DNA of 64,000 nt from an uncultured virus (IMG/VR IMGVR_UViG_3300042881_004014) (taxonomy: Duplodnaviria > Heunggongvirae > Uroviricota > Caudoviricetes), in IMG/VR virus record IMGVR_UViG_3300042881_004014; one strand, given 5' to 3'. This document shows positions 1 to 9,561 of the stretch, piece by piece. Every line of letters starts with the position of its first letter. Position 1 is the stretch's first letter. Position numbers and translations under genes: made by a program. The notes under the pieces were generated by a model, which saw only the letters and a list, made by a program, of their open reading frames with translations, was not told where the DNA came from and made no database searches.

Positions 1-1574
1 TCAAATTCAGGAACCGGCACTTCCAACTTCATAGCGTATGCCGTATTAGCAGAACCAGTTTGAGTTTCTAATGAAGCCCATTGTCCGTAGTTGAATTGTT
101 TGTTACCATCCTTATAGATAGAACCACTTACATATACTGAACCACTTATATATTGTGAACCATTAAATTGATTTGAACCAGTTGTTGGTAAATTACGAGC
201 TCCATTTATACTACCTGTTAAATTAAAATTACCACTTTCTCCAAAAGTCCATTCTCTTAAAGGAGGTCCGGCTTTGATTTTCAATGTCTCATTTCCTACA
301 CCAAGTATAATTTGTGAGTTTGGTGCTACATTTTCAGCCGAAGTTCCAATTCTAACCGAATAATTTTCATCATCCGCATATATTTCACCAAACCCATTAT
401 TTAATTTTAAGATACCATCATCACCTAATACTATACTATGTTCACCCACTTTAAGTTCTACAGAAGCATCTGAACCAAGTTGGTAATCTGGACTTTCTAT
501 AGTCAAAGGATATGCTGGATTAAGGGATACAGATGAACCAAATGCAATAGTTCTAAAAGACTCTCCAGATGGGACATAATTACCAGTTACCGTCCTTATT
601 GTACCATCATAAAATCTAATTATCCATCCATTTTGTACTCCACTACTTTCTGCATTATCAGCTACAATTAATCCACTACCATTCAAACCAGTACCACCAT
701 AATAGTCTTGTGCAATTGTTATTTGTGTACCAACTGTCTCAACACTACTACCTGAAATTATATTGCCTTCAAATGTTAAAGTAGAGTCCAACAATATGGA
801 TGTACCGGAAGTTCCACTTGTACCACTTTCACCGGATGTGCCACTTTCACCAGAAGTTCCAGATGTACCATCTACTCCACTCGTACCACTTTCGCCAGAT
901 GTGCCACCATTTCCAGATAAACTTGTATAAGTTACTCCATTTAATATAATAGAACCAGTCATTAGTAAAGAACCAGTTAAATTAATATCACCATTAGTAA
1001 TGTTTAATGAACCAGAAGTTAATCCGCTACCCAATGAATTATATCCAATATTAATATCACTAGGAAAATAACTTTTACCATCATAATCAAATACCCAATT
1101 AGATTGGAATGAACCTGATTTTTGAACTAATATTGCTGCAGTAGGTCCATCTGAAACAGGATATGAATTTAATTGATTTGCAAAAAAGGATGCATCATCA
1201 GATACATTCGTAGGATTAGTAATAGCTCCAATTAATAAAGTTCCATCAGATGTTAGAAATAGTGGAGCTCCATCAGAACCGGTTACTCTTAAACCAAAAG
1301 AAGGACCTCCAATAAAATTTACGTCTCCTATTGTAAGTGAAATATCACCACTACCACTTATTGTTTGAGTTCCAGTAAAAACGTTAGAACCAGTTGTTGC
1401 CAACGAATTACTATCTGCAAATACCGAAGTACCAGAAGTTCCATTTACACCCGATGTTCCAGATGTACCAGCTACACCAACTACATCAGGTAAGTGAGAT
1501 AACGATACTTTACCATCACCATCTAACGGAGCGTATCCATTTACTTTTCCTCTATTTATTTTACTTTCAAACAT
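1..1574 (-). CDS. Fibre/virion structural protein with collagen-like G-T-S repeats, 3' end outside window
   Basis: Not in ORF track (truncated). Manual translation from ATG at 1574: MFESKINRGKVNGYAPLDGDGKV...GTSGTSGVNGTSGTS...GTSGESGTSGVDGTSGTSGESGTSGESGTSGTSGTS...; same frame still reads QFNYGQWASLETQTGSANTAYAMKLEVPVPEF at the window edge. Confidence 0.85.
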   Translation of the reverse strand, partial: MFESKINRGKVNGYAPLDGDGKVSLSHLPDVVGVAGTSGTSGVNGTSGTSVFADSNSLATTGSNVFTGTQTISGSGDISLTIGDVNFIGGPSFGLRVTGSDGAPLFLTSDGTLLIGAITNPTNVSDDASFFANQLNSYPVSDGPTAAILVQKSGSFQSNWVFDYDGKSYFPSDINIGYNSLGSGLTSGSLNITNGDINLTGSLLMTGSIILNGVTYTSLSGNGGTSGESGTSGVDGTSGTSGESGTSGESGTSGTSGTSILLDSTLTFEGNIISGSSVETVGTQITIAQDYYGGTGLNGSGLIVADNAESSGVQNGWIIRFYDGTIRTVTGNYVPSGESFRTIAFGSSVSLNPAYPLTIESPDYQLGSDASVELKVGEHSIVLGDDGILKLNNGFGEIYADDENYSVRIGTSAENVAPNSQIILGVGNETLKIKAGPPLREWTFGESGNFNLTGSINGARNLPTTGSNQFNGSQYISGSVYVSGSIYKDGNKQFNYGQWASLETQTGSANTAYAMKLEVPVPEF

Positions 1575-2220
1575 TTTCTATTGTTTTTTGGAAATATCTT
1601 TCTATTCTTTTACTCAAACGAACTCTTACATCTGTTTCGGTTCTGCCTACCACATCGTATGGTAATAAAAAACCAAAACTTAGGAAAACTCTTCTTGATT
1701 TGAATTCGTTTGTCCAATGTTTGTATAACGATGCTTCAAATCCGTATAAATCACCTTCATTTATAGTTATAACATCTTTATCTAAAAACAATTCGTAATC
1801 CTCTGATAAAACACTTATGTTACATTTATAATTAACATATCCTTCAACTGCCGCATCATAGTGAGGATTTATCTTCCCACCACTATTCATATCTACCGCT
1901 TGTAAGAAGATATGATTTTTAGGAAAATGGAATTCTTTTGCAATCCTATCAATGATACTATGAATAAAATCAGGTAGTTTCTCTTTTGAAACATCTGATA
2001 CGGATTGGAACTTTGTAATATAATTTGTAAAAGGTGTATCCGAAATATCGAACATATAGGATTTACCTTTTAGTTCTTTTGATAATTCCGAAAGATGATG
2101 ATTAGCACCATTACCACTATGGTCAATCGAGTCTATCCAATTTATTATTTGTTTAGACTCGGTAGGTGTAATAAATCCCCTTTTTATTTTATAATTACTA
2201 AAATCCAAAACTTTTTCCAA
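1567..2220 (-). CDS. 2OG-Fe(II) dioxygenase-like protein
   Basis: HxD (PHYD), distal His (YKHWT) and Arg strand (RRVFLSF) of a double-stranded beta-helix oxygenase; start is TTG and uncertain. Confidence 0.75.
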   Translation of the reverse strand: MEKVLDFSNYKIKRGFITPTESKQIINWIDSIDHSGNGANHHLSELSKELKGKSYMFDISDTPFTNYITKFQSVSDVSKEKLPDFIHSIIDRIAKEFHFPKNHIFLQAVDMNSGGKINPHYDAAVEGYVNYKCNISVLSEDYELFLDKDVITINEGDLYGFEASLYKHWTNEFKSRRVFLSFGFLLPYDVVGRTETDVRVRLSKRIERYFQKTIENV

Positions 2221-2458
2221 TTTTTTTCAAACCATACTTTGCTAAAAACTCTTTTGGGTTCATTGCCTCTATTATAGTTAATTCAGCAGAACTCATCATC
2301 TGATTAGCTTTTTCTTCGGTAACTGCCATTACACACAATTTGTGAGTTGCAGGTAATTCTCCGCTTGGTGATAAATCTATTTTTAAGATATTATCATTTT
2401 TCATTTTTTCTCTTGCTTGCTGAACTTTTGATTCTTCGCATAATATACATATTCTCAT
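2198..2458 (-). CDS. Hypothetical protein (possibly N-terminal part of the oxygenase gene)
   Basis: 86-aa ORF with ATG and A-rich leader; overlaps the oxygenase ORF at an A7 run. Confidence 0.65.
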   Translation of the reverse strand: MRICILCEESKVQQAREKMKNDNILKIDLSPSGELPATHKLCVMAVTEEKANQMMSSAELTIIEAMNPKEFLAKYGLKKIGKSFGF

Positions 2459-2473
2459 ATTTCTTTCGTTTTA

Positions 2474-5134
2474 TTAGTCTATTGCTTCGGTGATGGCTTG
2501 AGTTATATAGAATTGATTACTATCATCTAACGCAGTTAATACAATCGTTCCATCAAATCTTCTTTGAATAGTTTTGTTATAATTTCCATAAACCATTGGG
2601 GCTGGGTGTAATTCAGTAACTGTTAATACTAAATCAGTAGTTCCACCAAATGAACCAGATGCTATTGTTATAGTATCATCCACTTCGTATAGATTTCCAC
2701 TATTTGTAATTGCAATATTACTAACAATACTTGATGCAACAGTTACTTCAAATACCGAACCCGAACCAAACCCTGCAGTTGAACCAGTTAAATCTGAATA
2801 AACTCCATCAGTTCCATCGGTTATCGAAGATGATATGGTATTGATTACCCCTAAATATGTGGTAAAATCATAATCATCCAATTCCGTTTCTATTCTATTA
2901 TATTGGAAGTCATTACCTATTCTATTGTATGTAAATCTATCTCCAATATTGTTATCGTAGAAGTATTCTCCGATTATATTGTCAGTAAAACTATTTCCAA
3001 TTACATTACCTCTATACGAACTGCCACCAAATCCAAAACCATCACCAATCATATTATCAGTAAAATCATTTCCAATTTTATTACTTTTGAAATCATTAGC
3101 AATGGTGTTATCAATAAAATTATTTAATATAAAATTCTCCACGAACCCATTACCAATATTATTTTCAATAGTATAATCACCAAATATGTTACTGATACAG
3201 CCTTCTCCTATATCGTTTCCGGTAAAAATATTACCAATAGTATTACTATTAAACCCATCTCCAATTTCATTTCCTACAAATGCATAACCAATTTTATTTG
3301 AGATAAAACTACCTGAAATTAAATTTCCTTTCATCTCATTACCTATTTGATTGTACTCAAACGATTCTAGTTCACCATTATTTACTATTGTATTCGATTC
3401 AAAATCACTTTCAATATTATTGTGTAAAAATTCATTATTAATAGTATTATCGTAAAAACCACTACCGATTACATTATCCTCAAAAGATTGGCTAACAATA
3501 TTATCATAAAAATCATTACCGATTTTGTTTCGGGAAAAATTCGTATCACCATAATCATCAGACTCTCCTATATCGTTATTTCGAAAACTAGAACCTATTT
3601 GATTATCTTCGGTCCAACTGTAAAAGTTATTATTATAAACTTCATGTCCTATTATTGTATTACCTAAGAATGATGAAAAGAAGTTATTATTATAAACCTC
3701 ATCCGCTATTGTATTTTCTCTAAATTCATTGTAGGTCTTATTTCCGTAAAAACTTTCACCTATTCTATTATCACCAAATTCACCACCTAACACATTATTA
3801 TAAAACCCATTAAGAGTATTTTTACTAAATTCATCAAGTATGATGTTGTGGTCAAAACCTCCGTTGATTATGTTATAATAAAAATCATCATCTGATGTGT
3901 AGAAGTTATTATAGAACTCACCATTAATGATATTGTAATCAAAATCATCCTCATCCTCATCTCCAAAATGATTATTGTGGAACTCACCACTAACTGTGTT
4001 GTATCTAAAATCACAAACAATTATATTATTGTAAAAACTATCTTTGATTATGTTATTATCAAAATCGTTATTAATAATATTATTATAAAATCTATCCATA
4101 ACTATATTAGAGTTAGAACTAGCATCATTAAATGTGTTATTTCTAAAAACTTGTGAGAATGAATTATCTCTATAAGTGTTTTCACCTTTGAATACATTGT
4201 TTGGTAATAGGAAAGTATTTTCATCCCATACCGTAAATGCAGCCGTATTTGTAGATGTGTTATTAAAACAGTCTCCTATATACTCAAAGGTTGGTATTTC
4301 TATTGAAGCTGAATTAGATAGGATGTTATTTTGTTTCCAAGACACTCCTTCTAATAGATTTGCATCTAACAAACGAGTATCACTAGGAGAGTTATATCTA
4401 CTTCCAGTAACAACCATACGATAATCATCTTCAATTGATACGATTTCATAGTAAAATACAAGAGGGTCATTATTGATATTCAAAACACCAACAACACTTC
4501 CAGTTGTGAAATTTTCAAAAAATGTTCCACTACCGGTGATAAAAGCAAAACTACCAGATTCTTCAACAGAAATAGTTCCATCATAAACATCTTCAGAATA
4601 ATATGCATCATATCTTTTGAAAAGAACTTCTCTGAAATCGTAATCCATTTCGTTTCCTTGATTATCTTTTCTATATATAATTCTACCAAATGCAGGACTA
4701 TCAGTTACTTCGGTTTGATTAAATGTAATATCGTATTTAATATTATCATTTGGATATTCGGGTTGATATGCATCTGATGCCAAAGAACCGGAGTCTAATG
4801 CGAATACAATTATAGGTGAAATACTACCTGTTCTATAATTACCAACTTGAATTGAGTTACCATAAACATCATAATCCGGTTGGTCATAACAAGTCCTAAA
4901 ATCGGTAATCTTATAGTAAGTACCAGGTGTTAATGAATCAGTCGCTAATGAAGCGGTTAATCCATTATAAGTGGTTTCTACTAATCCACCACCAGCTCCA
5001 CCACCGGTTAGATTACCTTCACTATCTTTTGCTTTGATAGAGCCATTTGTTGTATCTATAAACAAATTATACCCACCTTCTAATGGAGTATCTAAATCTG
5101 CGGCTACTTGCCCTTGTAATTGAATGTATTGCAT
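2474..5134 (-). CDS. Virion fibre/spike-like protein with Asn-rich beta-helix repeats
   Basis: 886 aa; long array of ~11-aa N-x-I-G-x-x-F repeats; C-terminal GSGSVFEVTV..ITNSGNLYEVDDTITI module typical of phage structural proteins. Confidence 0.7.
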   Translation of the reverse strand: MQYIQLQGQVAADLDTPLEGGYNLFIDTTNGSIKAKDSEGNLTGGGAGGGLVETTYNGLTASLATDSLTPGTYYKITDFRTCYDQPDYDVYGNSIQVGNYRTGSISPIIVFALDSGSLASDAYQPEYPNDNIKYDITFNQTEVTDSPAFGRIIYRKDNQGNEMDYDFREVLFKRYDAYYSEDVYDGTISVEESGSFAFITGSGTFFENFTTGSVVGVLNINNDPLVFYYEIVSIEDDYRMVVTGSRYNSPSDTRLLDANLLEGVSWKQNNILSNSASIEIPTFEYIGDCFNNTSTNTAAFTVWDENTFLLPNNVFKGENTYRDNSFSQVFRNNTFNDASSNSNIVMDRFYNNIINNDFDNNIIKDSFYNNIIVCDFRYNTVSGEFHNNHFGDEDEDDFDYNIINGEFYNNFYTSDDDFYYNIINGGFDHNIILDEFSKNTLNGFYNNVLGGEFGDNRIGESFYGNKTYNEFRENTIADEVYNNNFFSSFLGNTIIGHEVYNNNFYSWTEDNQIGSSFRNNDIGESDDYGDTNFSRNKIGNDFYDNIVSQSFEDNVIGSGFYDNTINNEFLHNNIESDFESNTIVNNGELESFEYNQIGNEMKGNLISGSFISNKIGYAFVGNEIGDGFNSNTIGNIFTGNDIGEGCISNIFGDYTIENNIGNGFVENFILNNFIDNTIANDFKSNKIGNDFTDNMIGDGFGFGGSSYRGNVIGNSFTDNIIGEYFYDNNIGDRFTYNRIGNDFQYNRIETELDDYDFTTYLGVINTISSSITDGTDGVYSDLTGSTAGFGSGSVFEVTVASSIVSNIAITNSGNLYEVDDTITIASGSFGGTTDLVLTVTELHPAPMVYGNYNKTIQRRFDGTIVLTALDDSNQFYITQAITEAID

Positions 5135-5138
5135 ATTT

Positions 5139-5903
5139 TTATATTATTGTTCCTGTTCCGTCTATTGATGAATTACCTATTAATATAACTTCTCCACCCA
5201 CACTTATCTTACCATTATTTTCAATAACACTATCTTTAAGTAATAGATTTCCACCTATAAATAGTGTTCCTTCTTTTTTGAATGATTTGTTTGCGGAGTA
5301 TTCTACTTCTTCATCACCACCTTCAATTAATAAAAATCCGTTTTCTAAAATATAATCTCCCGAAAAAGTTAATTGTTCTGTTTTTCTTATTAAATATGAA
5401 TCGTATGTGTTATTCCAATTTGTATTTGCTGATAAATTTGTTAGTTGTCTACCATCTCCTAAATAAGCCGATGCTGTTAGTGCTGCCGTATATTTTACAG
5501 TCTTTTGTCCACCAGCATTATTCTCAATTGAAAATGATGAAGTTTCTTGCGTTACCGCATCTACGAAAATAATTGAACCTTGTGATATATAAAGGTCTTT
5601 CCAAGCATTTGATGGTGAACCTAAACTAAATGAAGATGTGAATGTTCCTTGTCCAGTTGCCGGTACTAATGAACCACTAATTAGGATTGAGCCACTTATA
5701 ACTTGCTCACCTCTAAAGGTATTCGAACCTGTGATTGCAAATTTATTATTTAATGTGGCTTGTGATGCTGTATAATCATTAAAAGAAGATGTTGTTACTA
5801 AGAAAGATAAATCACTATCTTGTGCAGAATCTCCTTTTGGTCCTTGAACACCAACCGATGATATAGTTACTTTTGTTAAATTTTGTGTTACTTTTATTGC
5901 CAT
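5139..5903 (-). CDS. Putative virion structural protein
   Basis: 254 aa; short collagen triplet GVQGPKGD; TGSNTFRGEQVISGS motif shared with the 1..1574 protein (TGSNVFTGTQTISGS). Confidence 0.65.
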   Translation of the reverse strand: MAIKVTQNLTKVTISSVGVQGPKGDSAQDSDLSFLVTTSSFNDYTASQATLNNKFAITGSNTFRGEQVISGSILISGSLVPATGQGTFTSSFSLGSPSNAWKDLYISQGSIIFVDAVTQETSSFSIENNAGGQKTVKYTAALTASAYLGDGRQLTNLSANTNWNNTYDSYLIRKTEQLTFSGDYILENGFLLIEGGDEEVEYSANKSFKKEGTLFIGGNLLLKDSVIENNGKISVGGEVILIGNSSIDGTGTII

Positions 5904-5904
5904 T

Positions 5905-6288
5905 TTATCTCGTTACGTTTTTAGATAATTTAACTTTACCTTCCAATAATCTCGTAACTTCACACCCTTTAACCACTTCTAAATCATAAACTGCTTCACC
6001 AAAATCTAATAAAGATGATGAATATGCTGATATATAGATACCTATTGAACCACTTTGTATTGGTGTTATACCATTTGAACCACTTAGATTAATACCCGTT
6101 CCACAACTATCCGAAAGTGATGATGATAGTGATAACAATGTTGTTGTTGACTCTACGTGCGGACGTATTTGCATTCTCGCATGATAACCACTCAAATCAA
6201 TTGCCGAACCACTTTCATCGGTCCAATCAATTTGAAAATTAGTTGTTGCTCCTTGCTCTATTACAAATGAGTATCTTCCTGCTGCCAT
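5905..6288 (-). CDS. Beta-sandwich fibre-attachment/adaptor-like structural protein
   Basis: 127 aa; IEQGAT..F, IDLSGY.ARMQIR, AVYDLEV, RLLEGKV motifs common in tailed-phage structural adaptors. Confidence 0.65.
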   Translation of the reverse strand: MAAGRYSFVIEQGATTNFQIDWTDESGSAIDLSGYHARMQIRPHVESTTTLLSLSSSLSDSCGTGINLSGSNGITPIQSGSIGIYISAYSSSLLDFGEAVYDLEVVKGCEVTRLLEGKVKLSKNVTR

Positions 6289-6343
6289 TATAATTGATGT
6301 TTAATACTTATAAATATTGTAAAATTTAGTAATGGAAAAAAAA

Positions 6344-6377
6344 GCATAAAAAAAGAGGAATAGTTCCCTATCCCTCT
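6344..6377 (-). terminator. Rho-independent terminator after DUF2589-like pair
   Basis: Minus strand AGAGGGATAG-GGAA-CTATTCCTCT followed by a T run. Confidence 0.85.
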
Positions 6378-6394
6378 GATTTTATAATAAAATT

Positions 6395-6871
6395 TTATTT
6401 TTGATTCGGGTCTTCCAAATTTTTAATATATTCATCAATTAATCGACTAACCGCTTCCGGCTTTTCATCTGCCTTAAATTTTACTTTAATCTTAGCCATA
6501 CCAGCTTCACTTGGATTGTAACCGGAATCAACCTCAATACCTTTGATATTGTGTTCGTATCCCTTTTTCTTAAATAACCCCAATAGAGATTTTTTAAGAT
6601 TGGAAACTTCCTTTTCTTCATCACCAAATATAAGTCTACAAGAGAACTCAATATCTAATTCTTCCAACCCAATAGATGAGTGGTCTGCTAAAATATAAAG
6701 AGGAACAATCATATCCCTACCACCTATATTAAAGGAAGTAGTTTTGGGTGTACCATCTTCATTGAAATAGTTTCGGAGAGCATTAATATGCTGTCTTTCA
6801 CTTATACCTTGAGAAACCATGGCGGCCTCTAACAGACCGCCAACTAGTTCCTCTACATTTAATCTTGCCAT
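6395..6871 (-). CDS. DUF2589-like protein (short paralogue)
   Basis: 158 aa; EELVGGL.EAAM..Q, IVPLYILADHSSIGLEELDIEF, C-terminal PEAVSRLID pattern. Confidence 0.7.
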   Translation of the reverse strand: MARLNVEELVGGLLEAAMVSQGISERQHINALRNYFNEDGTPKTTSFNIGGRDMIVPLYILADHSSIGLEELDIEFSCRLIFGDEEKEVSNLKKSLLGLFKKKGYEHNIKGIEVDSGYNPSEAGMAKIKVKFKADEKPEAVSRLIDEYIKNLEDPNQK

Positions 6872-6897
6872 AATATATAACCTTTATTGTTTAATTA

Positions 6898-7500
6898 TTA
6901 CTTAGCTGCAGTACCTTCTCCGAATGGAATTAACGATGGCTCTAACATTTGAGTTAGGTAATCAGATAATTTCAACATACCTTCAGTTGCTGGTAATTGC
7001 TCAGCATGTACTTTTACATTGTATTTTGCTGAGTTATCAGTTGAACGAGTGTTTTCTTTGTTGGTTGAAACTTTACCTGCTACTTTAGCGTTAAAGCTCA
7101 TTCCCCACCATTTTCCACCTGCAGACATTTCATAGCTGTTTTCACTAGCTGATGTATCCTTCGATGCTTCAGATGTTTTAACTTCCATAGCGAATTCGAT
7201 GTCCGCTGATGTAATAGCCAATGATGGTAGTGGTACTAATGGTAACATTGGAACTTTACTATACAATTTTTGTATTTCTTGTTCACCTGTATCTGCGTTA
7301 GTAACAACACGATTCATTTCTACGTCTAATGAACGAGCAGATGTTTTACCTGTCTTTTCATCTTTTACGAAAGCAACTTCAGAAATGTACTTCCAAGTTA
7401 CTTCATTTAATTTTGCTTGCCCTTTAGCCATTCCAATAATAGGAGAAACAATTAGTTCTTCTATTGGAAGACCTGCGAACTGGTCTGCGATTGATGCCAT
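6898..7500 (-). CDS. DUF2589-like protein (long paralogue)
   Basis: 200 aa; QFAGLPIEELIVSP..MAKGQAKL, VPMLPLVPLPSLAITSADIEFAMEVK, STDNSAKYNVKVHAEQLPATEGM. Confidence 0.8.
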   Translation of the reverse strand: MASIADQFAGLPIEELIVSPIIGMAKGQAKLNEVTWKYISEVAFVKDEKTGKTSARSLDVEMNRVVTNADTGEQEIQKLYSKVPMLPLVPLPSLAITSADIEFAMEVKTSEASKDTSASENSYEMSAGGKWWGMSFNAKVAGKVSTNKENTRSTDNSAKYNVKVHAEQLPATEGMLKLSDYLTQMLEPSLIPFGEGTAAK

Positions 7501-7580
7501 AAAATTTATTTTTTTTTATATTAGTTTAACGTAACCAAAGTTGTTTATAAGTATGTAGTATTTTTTGAAAGCAAATAGCT

Positions 7581-7784
7581 TTATGAAAATTTAACCATAC
7601 CCTTATATTTCTTTTTTATTTTATCTATTTCCGAAATTGCTTCCGTAAAACTTTTTTTAATTTCTTCATTTACAGTAAAATCCATTATAACTTCACAATG
7701 TGGGCATGCCATCACTGGATGCTTTATAATAAATTGTAAAGTTAAACCAAGTGGTTGTTTACATGCGGGGCAGGGTAAAGCCAT
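7581..7784 (-). CDS. Small zinc-ribbon protein
   Basis: 67 aa; CPAC...CPHC plus C-terminal basic helix; own upstream promoter motif at 7800-7808. Confidence 0.7.
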   Translation of the reverse strand: MALPCPACKQPLGLTLQFIIKHPVMACPHCEVIMDFTVNEEIKKSFTEAISEIDKIKKKYKGMVKFS

Positions 7785-7826
7785 AAAATTCTACTTTATT
7801 ATAAGTATAAGAGTTTTAACAAAACC

Positions 7827-7859
7827 GCATAAAAAAGAGGGATAGTTTCCTATCCCTCT
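7827..7859 (-). terminator. Rho-independent terminator of major capsid gene
   Basis: Minus strand AGAGGGATAG-GAAA-CTATCCCTCT plus T run, just downstream of the capsid stop. Confidence 0.9.
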
Positions 7860-7882
7860 AATTCTATAAAATTAAGTTTCTA

Positions 7883-9523
7883 TTAAATAGAAGCTAAATC
7901 TTTAACAAAAATACGACCGTAGTACTCAGGACGAACCATTTTCTTAGCGTATCTTGTCATTACACCTCTACGAGGAGTAAAGTTTGTTGGGTCATACACC
8001 AAAGGAGTCATAATTAATGGAACGTATGGTGCGTAAACAGCTCCAGTTTCCAAGAAGTTTGAACCTCTGAATCCTAACAAGATTTCGTTTGAAGTCATGT
8101 AAGGGTTTTTGTAAACAGTGTATCTATTAGCGATAGCACCAACTTGCGTTACACCAGCTGCGAAAGATGCAGAATCCTTATCAGCGTTCACTGTAAATGC
8201 AGGAATCGATTCTAAGATAGTACATACATCAGGAGAAGCAACAACGAAGTTAGCTCCACCTCTTAATGTCAATTGGTGAATTTTGTTAGATACTTTGTTT
8301 AATTTAGTACCTAAAGTTTGGAACCAAGTATTCTTTTGGTAAGCCATTCCAGTTGCTGCTCCAGACCATACGCCTGATGCTGCATTGTATTCTTCACCAA
8401 TAGTTGCTGACCAATACTCAGTAGTTAAAGCGTTTGATTTTAACATATCTAAGATTTCTAAGTCAATCTCTAAAGAGATATAATCAGATAACATAGAAGT
8501 TAATTCCGCTTCAGCGTCAATTGAGTGGTAAGCGTTCAAATCTTGCGCCAATTCAGGAGTCCATACTGCTTTCAACTTACGAGTCTTAGCAACGATAGCC
8601 TCTGATTTCAATTCTAAGTCAACCTCAGGAATATCGATATCAGTTCCGATTGTTCCTTCAGTATCTGCTCTTTTACCAGAGTTTTTACCATCTTCAAAAT
8701 CACCTCTAGAGTAATCATTTGGTACAACTGAGTAAGTTAATACTACAGTTTGTGCAGCAGTTTTAGCAGTTTGTAAACCAGCAGATGCTGATACGAACAT
8801 TACTAAGTTAGCTCCAGATACTTTGTGGAATTGATTTAAGTTAGTAAGTGAACCACTTGCTACGTTAAATGAACGTACACCATCTAAATCAGCTGTTGTT
8901 GGAGCTGTGAAAGTTGCTTTATGCACTTGTCCAGCTGCTACAGAAGCAGAAAGTTCAGATGTAAATCCTACATCAGCCCAAGATGCTGAAGTATAAGTGA
9001 TTGCAGAGTGAGCGAAAGATGCAGTTACATCATTTACTGTGTATCCGAATCTACCTTCACCATATAAACCATTTTCAGCTACTGCAGTAGTACCGAAACC
9101 AGCACCAGCAGCAGAATCTTGTCCGTTACCACCAAAAAGTGATTTTCCAGAGAAAGTTGGGTTACCACCTTGAGCAGTACCATATTTGAAATCCAAATAG
9201 AATACAAGTCCAGAAGGTAAGTTCATAGGTTGTACACTAACGAATTCTTTAGAAGCAATCTCACCGAAGATTCTTCTTACTAAAGGTAAAGCTACACCGC
9301 TCCACTCTTCAGAGTTTGCACCAACACCAGTTTGTGTTGCTTCATCAAGCAATTGTTTTGCTTGGTTTTCCAAAAGTACAGCCATTGCACTTTGGTCTTT
9401 TGTCTTTAAGCCTTCAAGAAGTCCAGTTTTTTCCCATTTTGATTTAAGTTGACGAGTTTCGTTCAACATAACCGATTGTGGGTTCTTTCCTTCCATTAAC
9501 TTAGATAAATCGAAATTTGCCAT
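7883..9523 (-). CDS. gp23: Major capsid protein (T4 gp23-like)
   Basis: LPLVRR, VSVQPMNLPSGLVFYLDFKY, AKTRKLKAVWTPELAQDLNAYHSIDAEAEL, YAPYVPL, PRRGVMTRYA. Confidence 0.97.
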   Translation of the reverse strand: MANFDLSKLMEGKNPQSVMLNETRQLKSKWEKTGLLEGLKTKDQSAMAVLLENQAKQLLDEATQTGVGANSEEWSGVALPLVRRIFGEIASKEFVSVQPMNLPSGLVFYLDFKYGTAQGGNPTFSGKSLFGGNGQDSAAGAGFGTTAVAENGLYGEGRFGYTVNDVTASFAHSAITYTSASWADVGFTSELSASVAAGQVHKATFTAPTTADLDGVRSFNVASGSLTNLNQFHKVSGANLVMFVSASAGLQTAKTAAQTVVLTYSVVPNDYSRGDFEDGKNSGKRADTEGTIGTDIDIPEVDLELKSEAIVAKTRKLKAVWTPELAQDLNAYHSIDAEAELTSMLSDYISLEIDLEILDMLKSNALTTEYWSATIGEEYNAASGVWSGAATGMAYQKNTWFQTLGTKLNKVSNKIHQLTLRGGANFVVASPDVCTILESIPAFTVNADKDSASFAAGVTQVGAIANRYTVYKNPYMTSNEILLGFRGSNFLETGAVYAPYVPLIMTPLVYDPTNFTPRRGVMTRYAKKMVRPEYYGRIFVKDLASI

Positions 9524-9561
9524 TTTATTTTTCTTTTTTAATGTGTTTGTTAATAAATAAA

